Of a stretch of DNA of 64,000 nt, positions 8,496-18,263 are shown piece by piece. Both the position numbers and the translations under genes were made by a program. Location of the stretch: positions 52,534 to 116,533 of the forward strand of contig WKFK01000008.1 in assembly GCA_014872815.1 (NCBI GenBank). The letters are read 5' to 3'. Every line of letters starts with the position of its first letter. Position 1 is the stretch's first letter. The DNA comes from Paracoccaceae bacterium. Its GTDB lineage: Bacteria > Pseudomonadota > Alphaproteobacteria > Rhodobacterales > Rhodobacteraceae. Below the pieces are notes generated by a model. The model had not been told where the DNA came from. It worked only from the letters and a program-made list of their open reading frames with translations, and did not search any database.

Positions 8496-9767
8496 ATGTC
8501 CAAGCAAAATGAACTGGTGCCGCCACCCCTGAAAAACGATTGTTTTTCCTTGCCAGCGGACACGCATTGGACGCCTGTGTCTGAAGCCTTGGCGCTTCTA
8601 AAAGAGCGCCTTCACGTCTGTGTTGGCACGGAAACTGTCCCGCTTTTTGCGGCCTTGGGCCGGGTCGTGGCGGAGGATGTCGTGGCGCAGCGCTCCAATC
8701 CGCCACAGCCGAACTCTGCGGTGGATGGCTACGGGCTGCGCCATTCCGATATCATCGAAGGGCCGCAAATGCTGCCGTTGGTGGCGGGGCGCTCTGCTGC
8801 GGGCGACCCGTTTGAAGGGGAGCTGCCTTCTGGTCATGCCGTGCGCATTCTCACAGGGGCGACCGTGCCCGAGGGCGTGGACACTGTGATCTTGCAGGAG
8901 GATGTGACCACCGATGGCACGGCGATTGCCTTTCGTGGTCCGCTTAAAAAGGGCAGTAACACTAGGAAGGCAGGAGAGGACGTTGAGGGTGGCGGGCTTA
9001 TCCTTGCAAAAGGCCGGCGTGTCACGCCTGCCGACCTCGCCTTGGCGGCCGCAACGGGCGTGTCACAGCTTTTGGTGTTCAAGCGTTTGCGTGTGGCGGT
9101 GGTTTCGACCGGAGATGAACTCGCGGAACCGGGGCAGGAGGCTCGGGCCGATCAGATTTTTGACGCAAACCGCCCTATGTTGCTGGCGATGATTGCCAAA
9201 TTTGGTTTTGAGCCCATTGATATGGGGCGTGCACCGGATGAGCGCGAGGGCCTAAAGAAATTCTTGGATAAGGCTGCAGGTTCCGCGGACATGATCCTGA
9301 CCTCCGGCGGGGCCTCTGCGGGTGATGAGGACCACATGTCCGCACTACTCAATGAGACCGGATCAATGACGCTTTGGCGACTGGCAATTAAGCCAGGCCG
9401 TCCATTGGCATTGGGCATGTGGGCTGGCGTACCAGTCTTTGGACTGCCTGGGAATCCTGTTGCTGCAAAGGTGTGCACGCTGATTTTTGCCAAACCTGCT
9501 ATGGACGCCCTGGGCGGTTCAGGGTGGCAGGAGCCTGTGGCTTTGCGGGTGCCTGCGGCCTTTAGCAAGTCCAAGAAAGCAGGTCGGCGAGAATACCTTC
9601 GTGCGCGCTTGCGACATGGGCGGGCGGAGGTCTTCAAATCTGAAGGGTCCGGACGGATCAGCGGATTGAGCTGGGCTGAAGGGCTGGTGGAGTTACCAGA
9701 CGAAGCCATGGACGTACAGGAGGGCTCCCAGGTGCTTTACTACCCTTATTCGGCCTTCGGTCTGTAA
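8496..9767 (+). CDS. moeA: Molybdopterin molybdotransferase MoeA (gephyrin-like)
   Basis: NSAVDGY, RILTGA, STGDEL, TSGGASAGDED, IKPGRP and GLPGNPVA motifs. Confidence 0.95.
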   Translation: MSKQNELVPPPLKNDCFSLPADTHWTPVSEALALLKERLHVCVGTETVPLFAALGRVVAEDVVAQRSNPPQPNSAVDGYGLRHSDIIEGPQMLPLVAGRSAAGDPFEGELPSGHAVRILTGATVPEGVDTVILQEDVTTDGTAIAFRGPLKKGSNTRKAGEDVEGGGLILAKGRRVTPADLALAAATGVSQLLVFKRLRVAVVSTGDELAEPGQEARADQIFDANRPMLLAMIAKFGFEPIDMGRAPDEREGLKKFLDKAAGSADMILTSGGASAGDEDHMSALLNETGSMTLWRLAIKPGRPLALGMWAGVPVFGLPGNPVAAKVCTLIFAKPAMDALGGSGWQEPVALRVPAAFSKSKKAGRREYLRARLRHGRAEVFKSEGSGRISGLSWAEGLVELPDEAMDVQEGSQVLYYPYSAFGL

Positions 9768-9772
9768 GTGCT

Positions 9773-9799
9773 AAGAAGGCGCTTACTTGAGCGCCTTTT
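9773..9799. terminator. Probable bidirectional terminator between convergent genes
   Basis: AAGGCGCT/AGCGCCTT stem with A- and T-rich flanks. Confidence 0.65.
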
Positions 9800-9802
9800 C
9801 AT

Positions 9803-10825
9803 CTAGTCGAAGATGCCGGCCACGCGGCCTAGCAGCATAAACGCGCGGGCGGTGCGTGTTTCCGAGAGGGCCGCAATGTCGGCGTCGGAAGCCGTTTCTT
9901 CAAACTCGACAAAACATTTATCGAAGCGGCGCAAGAAGTGATGGGCCGCATCGCGGAAGATCGGGTCTTGCTTCATGCGGCCTGCCGCCAACGCCAGCGA
10001 GCTACGATCACGGACACCGCCTAGCGCTGCAATTGGCTTCCCGCGCTCCCCACCTGCAAAACGACGCCAAATTTCCGGGCGCGCCAAGTCAGGGCGAAGA
10101 TCGTCCATGTAGATGCCGTCTTGGCTTAGAAGCGTCAGAACATCCTGACTGGCTTGAATAAGCTGCGCGGATTGACGATCCCTGAGCGCCTTGCGCAAAG
10201 CCGCAAAACCTTCAACGTCATCCGCGTTTTCCGGAAAATTTAGGGCCTGGATGAAGTCGGACCTTGGCAGAGGCGGGGAAAGCTCTTCGGCTGGAGTGCC
10301 CAATGCCAGAGTCCCCTGATCCGCCAAATCTTCCTTTTCCGGTTCCGCGTCTTGTGGCTTGCGAATGCCGCTCTCTCGCTCGCGGCTAGAGGAAAAGGTC
10401 GCCAATGCTGTTTCTGTCTTGCGCGTTGCTGCTGCAATTTCGTCGAGCTTCTTGGCAACAGATGGCTCCACACCCTGTTGCGCCTGAACACCTTGTGCCT
10501 GGTTTACGTAAGTGCGGCGCATGGCGTCAATCGCTGCCTGCAAGCGCGCGCTTTCTTCACGCATGACACGAGAAGAACGCGCCGCGGTAGCCGCCACCCA
10601 GATCATCGCGACCGGCATAAAGACTGCCAGCAGGGTCATCAGGAATTGCAGACTGCTGTTTCCGTCCACTGGGTTGTGCTCCAGCACCAAGAAAAACACC
10701 ACTGATCCAACCAGCCAAATGAAACTCAGGCCAACCGCAATCAATTCGATTGAGGAGACCTTAGGGCCTGATGGTTTGTCGTAAATCCCCAACGGGGTTG
10801 GTTGGGAATCGGTGTCATCGGTCAT
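9803..10825 (-). CDS. Conserved membrane-anchored hypothetical protein (2 TM, coiled coil, helical C-terminal domain)
   Basis: Two N-terminal hydrophobic helices, heptad-like segment, C-terminus FRDAAHHFLRRFD...RTARAFMLLGRVAG. Confidence 0.7.
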   Translation of the reverse strand: MTDDTDSQPTPLGIYDKPSGPKVSSIELIAVGLSFIWLVGSVVFFLVLEHNPVDGNSSLQFLMTLLAVFMPVAMIWVAATAARSSRVMREESARLQAAIDAMRRTYVNQAQGVQAQQGVEPSVAKKLDEIAAATRKTETALATFSSSRERESGIRKPQDAEPEKEDLADQGTLALGTPAEELSPPLPRSDFIQALNFPENADDVEGFAALRKALRDRQSAQLIQASQDVLTLLSQDGIYMDDLRPDLARPEIWRRFAGGERGKPIAALGGVRDRSSLALAAGRMKQDPIFRDAAHHFLRRFDKCFVEFEETASDADIAALSETRTARAFMLLGRVAGIFD

Positions 10826-10851
10826 GCGGGGCCGCATCTTAACTATCTGGT

Positions 10852-11322
10852 TCACTGATAAGAAATACTGAGTACTTCGTAGCTTTTTTCGCCGCCTGGA
10901 GTACGTACTTCGACGCTATCGCCTTCTTCTTTCCCGATGAGGGCGCGGGCAATTGGAGATTTGATGTTGAGCAAACCTTTTTCGACGTTGGCTTCATGCT
11001 CGCCAACGATCTGCCAGGTCTTTTCCTCGTCTGTGTCCTCGTCCACCAAAGTAACGGTAGCGCCAAATTTGATTGCGCCGGAAAGCGTTGCCGGATCGAT
11101 GACCTCCGCCAAGCCGATCACGGCCTCAAGTTCCTTGACGCGACCTTCGATAAAACCCTGTTTTTCACGTGCAGAATGGTACTCTGCATTTTCTTTCAGG
11201 TCGCCAAGCTCGCGCGCAGAGGCAATCGCCTCGATGATCGCGGGGCGTTCCACCGTTTTCAACTGCTTCAATTCCGCTTCAAGCGCCGAATGCCCGGCGC
11301 GGGTCATTGGTATTTTTTCCAT
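10852..11322 (-). CDS. greA: Transcription elongation factor GreA
   Basis: [26 protein letters not shown] and [10 protein letters not shown] motifs. Confidence 0.97.
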   Translation of the reverse strand: MEKIPMTRAGHSALEAELKQLKTVERPAIIEAIASARELGDLKENAEYHSAREKQGFIEGRVKELEAVIGLAEVIDPATLSGAIKFGATVTLVDEDTDEEKTWQIVGEHEANVEKGLLNIKSPIARALIGKEEGDSVEVRTPGGEKSYEVLSISYQ

Positions 11323-11573
11323 GGGTGCGGTCCCGTTGGTCATTGGCCGCCTAAAAGGCCAGGCGGCGGGTCTGTTTATATACTAGCACGGCAGAGTGCC
11401 CTGAGACCTCTTTCAAATGCAAGAGGGGGAAGCAATGCAAGGAGAAATATGCTGCGTTGCTGCAAAAATGCGCGCTTGGGGCGAAATGTCGTGGGGTTCT
11501 GATTGACGGATTGATTATAGTCGCGCTAGCAGGTGCGAAAGATTATTACCCAGCGATCCAAAAGGGGAAGCCA

Positions 11574-13223
11574 ATGTCGGAAATCGAACGCGAAGCCATG
11601 GAGTATGACGTTGTTATCGTCGGCGCAGGCCCAGCAGGTTTGTCAGCTGCGATCCGTTTGAAACAACTGGATTCTGATCTCGATGTTGTTGTTCTTGAAA
11701 AAGGCTCTGAGGTCGGCGCGCATATTCTTTCCGGTGCTGTTTTGGACCCTTGTGGCTTGGACGCTCTGATTCCCGATTGGAAGGCGAAAGGTGCGCCGCT
11801 GAACACACCAGTGAAAGAAGACAATTTCTACATGTTGGGCGAGGCGGGCGAAATTCGCATTCCGAACTTCCCAATGCCCCCTCTTATGAACAATCACGGC
11901 AACTACATCGTCTCCATGGGCAATGTTTGCCGTTGGATGGCTGAGCAAGCCGAAGAACTTGGCGTGGAAATCTTCCCGGGCATGGCATGTTCCGAGCTGG
12001 TTTATGGCGAAAACGGCGAAGTTAAAGGTGTTGTAGCTGGTGTCTTCGGATTGGAAGAAGACGGCTCTTATGGCCCAAACACCGAGCCTGGCATGGAGCT
12101 GCACGGCAAATATGTCTTCTTGTCTGAGGGCGTGCGCGGGTCTCTGTCCAAAGAGGTGATCGCCAAATACAATTTGCAGGATGGTAAAGAGCCACAGAAG
12201 TTTGGCGTCGGCATGAAAGAGATCTGGGAGATCGATCCTGCCAAGCACAACCTGGGCGAAGTAACGCACACTATGGGCTGGCCTTTGGGCAAAAACGCAG
12301 GTGGTGGTTCTTTCATCTATCACTTGGAAAACAACCAAGTGTATGTCGGCTTTGTGGTGCACTTGAACTACAAGAATCCGCACCTTTTCCCCTACATGGA
12401 GTTTCAGCGGTTCAAACATCACCCGATGGTTGCTGAATTGCTTAAAGGCGGCAAACGTGTGGCCTACGGCGCGCGCGCAATCTCTGAAGGCGGCTACCAA
12501 TCTATGCCTAAAATGGTGGCTCCTGGTGTAGCTTTGTTGGGCTGCTCCGTGGGTATGGTCAACGTGCCGCGTATCAAGGGCAACCACAACGCGATGCTGT
12601 CTGGCATCCACGCGGCAGAAGCTGCGTTCGTAGCAATCAAAAATGGTCAATCGGGCGACGAGCTTGATGGGTATGAAGCGCTAGTGCGTACGGGGCCAAT
12701 CGCTAAGGATCTAAAGAAAGTCCGCAATGTGAAGCCGATCTGGTCCAAGTGGGGTCTAACAGCGTCTTTGATGCTCGGCGGTTTGGATATGTGGACGAAC
12801 ACGCTCGGTTTTTCTCTCTTTGGTACGGTGAAGCACGGAAAAAGTGATGCGGAAGCAACCGAGGAAGCCAGCAAACACAAACCGATTGATTACCCAAAGC
12901 CGGACGGCAAGCTGTCATTTGATCGCCTGACCAACGTCAGCTTCTCGATGACCAACCACGAAGAAAGCCAGCCATGTCATCTGCGTCTTGCCGATGACAG
13001 TGTGCCTGTGGCGGTGAACTTGCCGAAGTTTGCTGAGCCTGCACAGCGGTATTGCCCGGCAGGCGTGTATGAAGTTGTTGAAGAGGAAGGCAAAGATCCA
13101 CGCTTTGTCGTGAACTTCCAAAACTGTGTGCACTGCAAGACATGCGACATCAAAGATCCAAGTCAGAACATCACTTGGGTCACGCCGCAAGGTGGCGACG
13201 GGCCGAACTACCCAAACATGTGA
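11574..13223 (+). CDS. Electron transfer flavoprotein-ubiquinone oxidoreductase
   Basis: VGAGPAGL FAD motif, GAHILSGA, YCPAGVYE...NCVHCKTCDIKDP 4Fe-4S cluster motifs. Confidence 0.96.
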   Translation: MSEIEREAMEYDVVIVGAGPAGLSAAIRLKQLDSDLDVVVLEKGSEVGAHILSGAVLDPCGLDALIPDWKAKGAPLNTPVKEDNFYMLGEAGEIRIPNFPMPPLMNNHGNYIVSMGNVCRWMAEQAEELGVEIFPGMACSELVYGENGEVKGVVAGVFGLEEDGSYGPNTEPGMELHGKYVFLSEGVRGSLSKEVIAKYNLQDGKEPQKFGVGMKEIWEIDPAKHNLGEVTHTMGWPLGKNAGGGSFIYHLENNQVYVGFVVHLNYKNPHLFPYMEFQRFKHHPMVAELLKGGKRVAYGARAISEGGYQSMPKMVAPGVALLGCSVGMVNVPRIKGNHNAMLSGIHAAEAAFVAIKNGQSGDELDGYEALVRTGPIAKDLKKVRNVKPIWSKWGLTASLMLGGLDMWTNTLGFSLFGTVKHGKSDAEATEEASKHKPIDYPKPDGKLSFDRLTNVSFSMTNHEESQPCHLRLADDSVPVAVNLPKFAEPAQRYCPAGVYEVVEEEGKDPRFVVNFQNCVHCKTCDIKDPSQNITWVTPQGGDGPNYPNM

Positions 13224-13334
13224 TCTAACACGCGGAAATTTTATCAAAATATGGGGCGGCCAAAGGGTCGCCCCATTGCGTGTTGGCTGCCCCCCGACTA
13301 CCTTTGCTGGGAAGTCAGAGCATGGGAGTCTCAC

Positions 13335-15041
13335 GTGGCCGGTCAATTTCTCAAAACAGTGGCGATTTCCGCGCTCTTGGCAACCACCTCTCTGCCCGTG
13401 CTGGCGGACGGTATGGCTGGGGCCTATTTGGCCGCACGTCAAGCCAGCTATGGTTCTGATTATGCCGCTGCCGCGCGCTACTACAGCGATGCGTTGACCC
13501 AAGATCCGAGCAACCCGGTGTTGCAAGAAAATGCGGTGTTGGCTTTCATTTCGCTTGGTCAGATAGATCGGGCGATGCCAGTTGCACGCAAAATGGATGC
13601 GGATGGTCATCAAAGCCAGTTGGCGGAGATGGCGATCACTGCCGGGCTGGTTGAAGATAAGAATTTTGGGGAATTGGCCGAGCGTTTAGACACCGTTGGG
13701 GTTGGTCCATTGGTGGATGGCCTGATGAAAGCCTGGGCGCAGATCGGTCGCGGTGCGATGTCGGAGGCTCTTGATGCCTTTGATCAAGTGTCAAAGGAGC
13801 AGGGGCTCGGAGGTTTTGCGGCCTATCACAAAGCTTTGGCGCTGGCGTCGGTGGGTGACTTTGAAGGGGCGTATGCCATTTTTCTCGAAGGCGCCATGAA
13901 CGGCATGCAATCGACACGGCGCGGTGTCGTCAGCGAAGTGGAGATCCTTTCGCAACTTGAGCGAAACGAAGATGCGATTAAGCGTTTGGATGACGCTTTC
14001 GGCTCGGATCTTGACCCAGAGTTGCGTTTGCTTCGCGATCGTCTGGTCGCGGGAGATGTGCTTCCCTTTACGCAGGTGGAATCTGCGACCGACGGCATTG
14101 CGGAGGTCTACTTCTCAATTGCCAACGCTTTGAGAAATGAAGCAAATGCAGATTACACATTGCTGTATGCGCGGCTTGCGGAGTTTTTGCGCCCAGATCA
14201 TACCGAAGCCTTGCTATTGACTGCTGAATTGCTTGAAACGCTTGGACGATTTGAACTTGCGTCGCAAACCTATCAAAAGGTGCCTGCGGACGATCCTTCG
14301 TTCCATGCCGCAGAACTTGGCCGGGCTGAAGCGCTGCGAGAGGCTGGCAAAATTGAGGCGGCTCTCGAAGTGCTGGAGTCTCTGTCGCGCAGCCAGCCTA
14401 ACCTCCCATATGTTCATACAGCTCTTGGGGATCTACGGCGTCAGGAGAAAGACTTTGAGGGTGCGATCGCATCTTATGACACCGCTATAGGCTTGTATGA
14501 GCAGCTGGAAATGCGGCAGTGGTTTTTGTTTTATGCCCGCGCGATAAGCCATGAGCGGCTTGATAATTGGGAAGCCGCAGAGGCAGATTTTCGCAAAGCT
14601 TTGGAGCTAAATCCAGAACAACCACAGGTATTGAACTATCTTGGCTATTCTTTGGTCGAAAAACAGATCAAGCTGGATGAAGCGTTGGATATGATTGAGC
14701 GGGCGGTCGCTGCGCGCCCGGACAGCGGGTATATTGTTGACAGCCTAGGGTGGGTTTTGTTCCGTCTTGGTCGCTATGAAGAGGCTGTTGGGCATATGGA
14801 ACGCGCGACCGAGTTGATGCCTGTTGATCCTGTGGTGACTGACCACTTGGGGGATGTTTATTGGGCGGTTGGTCGCAAACTTGAGGCCCAATTCCAGTGG
14901 CGTAGAGCGTTGAGTTTTGTTGACGAGGAAACGGCGGAAGAGGCAAAGCCAGACCGTATACGGCGCAAACTTGAAGTGGGCCTAGACGTGGTGCTGGAAG
15001 AGGAAGGCGCAGAGCCTTTAGCGGCGACTGATGGCAATTGA
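13335..15041 (+). CDS. Exported tetratricopeptide-repeat protein
   Basis: Signal peptide, many TPRs, VLNYLGYS..YIVDSLGWV..DHLGDVYW; GTG start behind GGGAG; conserved position upstream of ispE. Confidence 0.85.
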   Translation: MAGQFLKTVAISALLATTSLPVLADGMAGAYLAARQASYGSDYAAAARYYSDALTQDPSNPVLQENAVLAFISLGQIDRAMPVARKMDADGHQSQLAEMAITAGLVEDKNFGELAERLDTVGVGPLVDGLMKAWAQIGRGAMSEALDAFDQVSKEQGLGGFAAYHKALALASVGDFEGAYAIFLEGAMNGMQSTRRGVVSEVEILSQLERNEDAIKRLDDAFGSDLDPELRLLRDRLVAGDVLPFTQVESATDGIAEVYFSIANALRNEANADYTLLYARLAEFLRPDHTEALLLTAELLETLGRFELASQTYQKVPADDPSFHAAELGRAEALREAGKIEAALEVLESLSRSQPNLPYVHTALGDLRRQEKDFEGAIASYDTAIGLYEQLEMRQWFLFYARAISHERLDNWEAAEADFRKALELNPEQPQVLNYLGYSLVEKQIKLDEALDMIERAVAARPDSGYIVDSLGWVLFRLGRYEEAVGHMERATELMPVDPVVTDHLGDVYWAVGRKLEAQFQWRRALSFVDEETAEEAKPDRIRRKLEVGLDVVLEEEGAEPLAATDGN

Positions 15042-15876
15042 GGCTTTTGCGCCCGCCAAGATCAACCTGACCCTGCATGTGACCGGACAACGGGATGACG
15101 GTTATCACCTGTTGGATTCGCTGGTCATGCTATCCGACGTGGGCGACAAGGTGACTGTGGAGAGGGCGGCTGAGACCAGTTTGACCGTGGTTGGCCCTAT
15201 GGCCACAGGTGTTCCTACTGACCGGAGCAATTTGGTTGTCCGTGCAGCAGACCTCTTGGGCGTCACTGCAAAGATCACACTGGAAAAATCGCTGCCGGCG
15301 ATGGCGGGGATTGGCGGCGGATCCTCGGATGGGGCGGCCACAATACGGGCGTTATGCGCTTTATATGGCCTTCCAATTCCACGTGCAGATGCACTTGCTG
15401 CTCTGGGAGCGGATGTTCCGGTGTGCATGGAGCCGGAACTCGTACGAATGCAGGGGATTGGTAACGAGATTGACCATCTCGACACGCCGCCGGATTGGCC
15501 AATGATCCTCGTGAACCCTCGGGTGTCTGTGTCCACGCCAGAAGTGTTTTCTTCGATGTGTGTGCGGGACAATCCTTTGATGACAGAGCCGTTTCCAGAC
15601 TGGAGCGACTTTGATGGCACTGTCGCGTGGCTGTCGGAACAGCGCAATGACATGCAGGGGGCTGCAATTGAGTTGCAACCCGTGATTGGCCAAGTGTTGG
15701 CAGAGCTGAGCCAAACCGAAGGCTGCGCCTTGGCGCGGATGTCCGGGTCGGGGGCGACGTGTTTCGCGATCTACAAGACCGCACCCGAGCGGGACGCGGC
15801 TTTGCGGGGTTTGCGCCGCCAGCATCCAGACTGGTGGTCTGTGGCAACCCAACGGGTTGGGGCGCGGTTCGCTTAG
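15031..15876 (+). CDS. ispE: 4-diphosphocytidyl-2-C-methyl-D-erythritol kinase
   Basis: APAKINLTLHV, GYHLLDSL, AGIGGGSSD, LGADVP and RMSGSGAT motifs. Confidence 0.96.
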   Translation: MAIEAFAPAKINLTLHVTGQRDDGYHLLDSLVMLSDVGDKVTVERAAETSLTVVGPMATGVPTDRSNLVVRAADLLGVTAKITLEKSLPAMAGIGGGSSDGAATIRALCALYGLPIPRADALAALGADVPVCMEPELVRMQGIGNEIDHLDTPPDWPMILVNPRVSVSTPEVFSSMCVRDNPLMTEPFPDWSDFDGTVAWLSEQRNDMQGAAIELQPVIGQVLAELSQTEGCALARMSGSGATCFAIYKTAPERDAALRGLRRQHPDWWSVATQRVGARFA

Positions 15877-16874
15877 TTCAGGCGGGCGACAACGTAGTCG
15901 GCGATGTCAGACAACAGCCCCCGGATTTCGTGGTCCGGAAGTTTTTTGACTGCGTCCTTGGCTTTTTCTGCCCACGCCAAAGCATCGTCGCGGGTGCGCG
16001 ACAAGGTGTTGTATTTGTCCATCAGAGCCAACGCATGATCTAGGTCGCCGTCTTCCTGGTGGCCTTTTTCAATTGTGCGTTCCCAGAAGCTGCGTTCTTC
16101 GTCTGAGGCTTGCGCAACAGCTTTGATCACCGGCAGCGTTAACTTTCTTTCGCGGAAATCGTCGCCCACGTTTTTGCCGGTTTGGGCTGAGTCGCCCTGG
16201 TAGTCGAGCAGGTCGTCTGCGATCTGGAAGGCGATGCCGAGGGCGTCGCCGTAGTCAAACAGGGCCTGCACATCTTCCGCTGAGGCGCCTGCAATCACGC
16301 CGCCGACTTCGGTTGCGGCGGAGAACAGCGCGGCGGTCTTTCCTCGTACCACCTGAAGGTAAATGTCCTCGTTGGTGGAGAGGTCTGTGGCGGCGGTGAG
16401 CTGCAACACTTCGCCTTCCGCGATGGTGGCGGAAGCGTTGGACAGGATGCGCAACACGTCGATGTTGTTGGTTTCTGTCATCAACTGGAAGCTGCGCGAG
16501 AACAGGTAATCGCCCACCAGAACCGAGCTTTTGTTGTCCCACAGAAGGTTGGCGGTCGGGCGGCCACGGCGTTGTTCACTTTCGTCGACCACATCGTCGT
16601 GCAGCAAGGTTGCAGTGTGAATGAACTCTACCGTCGCAGCCAGATGTACATGGTAGGGGCCGTCGTAGCCGCAGAGTTTGGCAGCTGCCAAAGTCAGCAT
16701 CGGACGCAGGCGTTTGCCGCCAGCGCCAACCAAATGCGCGGTGACTTCGGGGATGCGCGGCGCGTGTTTGGAGGCCATGCGCTCTTCGATCAGCGTGTTC
16801 ACCGCATCCAAATCATCGCGCAGCAGAACTGCGAGGGCTTCGTGCGGCTTGCTGGCTGCGTGATCGAGACTCAT
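15873..16874 (-). CDS. ispB: Long-chain polyprenyl (deca/octaprenyl) diphosphate synthase
   Basis: GGKRLRP, LHDDVVD and FQIADDLLD aspartate-rich motifs; start could extend to 16904. Confidence 0.92.
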   Translation of the reverse strand: MSLDHAASKPHEALAVLLRDDLDAVNTLIEERMASKHAPRIPEVTAHLVGAGGKRLRPMLTLAAAKLCGYDGPYHVHLAATVEFIHTATLLHDDVVDESEQRRGRPTANLLWDNKSSVLVGDYLFSRSFQLMTETNNIDVLRILSNASATIAEGEVLQLTAATDLSTNEDIYLQVVRGKTAALFSAATEVGGVIAGASAEDVQALFDYGDALGIAFQIADDLLDYQGDSAQTGKNVGDDFRERKLTLPVIKAVAQASDEERSFWERTIEKGHQEDGDLDHALALMDKYNTLSRTRDDALAWAEKAKDAVKKLPDHEIRGLLSDIADYVVARLN

Positions 16875-16933
16875 TTTGGACTTCCTGTCGTGAGGGGTCG
16901 ACATTGGCCGCTCCCTAACCTTAGATCGTTATT

Positions 16934-17155
16934 ATGAAAGAGCTTTTGCGCAGCACAGATCCGACCACCATCGCCTTTGCCACAGCCCTGCTTCAGGGAG
17001 AGGGTATAGACTGCTTTGAAATGGACGTAAATATGAGCGTCCTGGAGGGCAGCATTGGCATATTGCCGCGCCGTTTGATGGTGCGATCCCAAGATTTGCA
17101 ACAAGCAGAACGGGTTATGCTGGATAACGAGATTGCATTGGGGCGGTCACGGTGA
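16934..17155 (+). CDS. DUF2007-family small protein
   Basis: MKELLRSTDP..LLQGEGI...D.NMSVLEGSIGILPRRLMV pattern. Confidence 0.8.
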   Translation: MKELLRSTDPTTIAFATALLQGEGIDCFEMDVNMSVLEGSIGILPRRLMVRSQDLQQAERVMLDNEIALGRSR

Positions 17156-17904
17156 GCGCGGCGCTGACGCAGAACGATTTTTTGAACGGACGCGTTACTC
17201 TGTGGCAACCTAAGGATGGGTATCGCGCTGGGGTTGATCCGGTCTTGTTGGCCGCGACGATTCCGGCAAAGCCCGGTCAGCGGATATTGGAGCTGGGCAG
17301 CGGGGCAGGAGCGGCGTTTCTGTGCCTGGCTGCGCGGGTGCCCGACCTGACGGTACATGCGGTCGAGTTGCAGCCGGACTATGCGGCGCTGGCGCATCGT
17401 AATGCCAAGGAAAACGGGGCGGATGCGACCATCTGGGAGGCGGATTTGGCAGCTTTGCCTGCTGAGTTGCGGCAGATGCAGTTTGACCATGTTCTGGCCA
17501 ATCCACCGTATTTTGACCGTACCGCCAGCACGGCGGCGCAGGACGCGGGGCGCGATGTGGCGATGGGGGAAGATACGCCGTTGCGACGTTGGATTGAGGT
17601 GGCCGCAAAACGCCTTGGGCCAAAAGGCACAGCGACTTTCATTCATCGCGCAGAGCGGCTGCCGGATTTGCTTTCGGGCATGCAGGATGTGCTTGGCTCA
17701 CTGCAGGTGCTGCCGTTACAGGCGCGGGCTGGACGGGATGCCAATCTGGTGCTGGTGCGCGGGGTCAAAGGTGGTCGAGCCGCGTTTCGCCTGCATGCGC
17801 CTGTGCGCCTGCATGAGGGCGACAAACATACGCAGGATGGCGAGAGCTACACGGCGCAGGTCCGTGCGGTTTTGCGCGATGGTGCGGCGCTGCCTTTTCC
17901 CTAG
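17152..17904 (+). CDS. tRNA1(Val) A37 N6-methyltransferase-like SAM methyltransferase
   Basis: GYRAGVDPVLLA, LELGSGAG and VLANPPY motifs; GTG start. Confidence 0.85.
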   Translation: MSAALTQNDFLNGRVTLWQPKDGYRAGVDPVLLAATIPAKPGQRILELGSGAGAAFLCLAARVPDLTVHAVELQPDYAALAHRNAKENGADATIWEADLAALPAELRQMQFDHVLANPPYFDRTASTAAQDAGRDVAMGEDTPLRRWIEVAAKRLGPKGTATFIHRAERLPDLLSGMQDVLGSLQVLPLQARAGRDANLVLVRGVKGGRAAFRLHAPVRLHEGDKHTQDGESYTAQVRAVLRDGAALPFP

Positions 17905-17950
17905 TTCGTTACCGCAACGCTCGGGTCAGTAAGGCTGTCCGATTCGGTGA

Positions 17951-17978
17951 AAAACCACGTCGGTATCACGTCGGTTTT
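17951..17978 (-). repeat. Dispersed repeat family A, truncated copy (two units)
   Basis: AAAACC-ACGTCGGTATC-ACGTCGGTTTT; 17951-17966 is identical (16/16) to 63193-63208. Confidence 0.7.
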
Positions 17979-18095
17979 ACGACAGTGTCGGCGGAAATTC
18001 TCCAGTGTTAAGAATATGTCACAAGTCGCACGTGACAGGCGACAAAAACTATGCTGCACTGGTTTCACTACATATTGTTTGCATAGGAGAACATG

Positions 18096-18260
18096 ATGAG
18101 CGTAAGCGCACACCTCGAAGAGCTGAAACGCAAACACGAAGCCCTCTCTGAGCAAGTCGAACAAGAACAGCGCGCCCCTGGCAGCAGTGATCTTGACGTC
18201 GCTGAACTCAAGAAAAAGAAACTCCGCCTCAAAGAGGAAATCACGCGATTATCCGCGTAA
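18096..18260 (+). CDS. DUF465/YdcH-family small coiled-coil protein (absent from the ORF track)
   Basis: Hand-translated 54 aa MSVSAHLEELKRKHEALSEQVEQEQRAPGSSDLDVAELKKKKLRLKEEITRLSA; RBS AGGAGA. Confidence 0.85.
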   Translation: MSVSAHLEELKRKHEALSEQVEQEQRAPGSSDLDVAELKKKKLRLKEEITRLSA

Positions 18261-18263
18261 CCT

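Noticed and set aside
6470-9767. fdhD-mobA-mobB-moeA cluster with no molybdoenzyme gene beside it
   Set aside because: A common housekeeping arrangement in Rhodobacteraceae; target enzymes are normally encoded elsewhere
11574-15041. Visibly less GC-biased codon usage in the ETF-QO and TPR genes suggesting horizontal transfer
   Set aside because: These are core genes in their usual synteny (greA-ETF-QO-TPR-ispE); the difference more likely reflects expression-level codon bias, and no mobility genes or boundary repeats were seen
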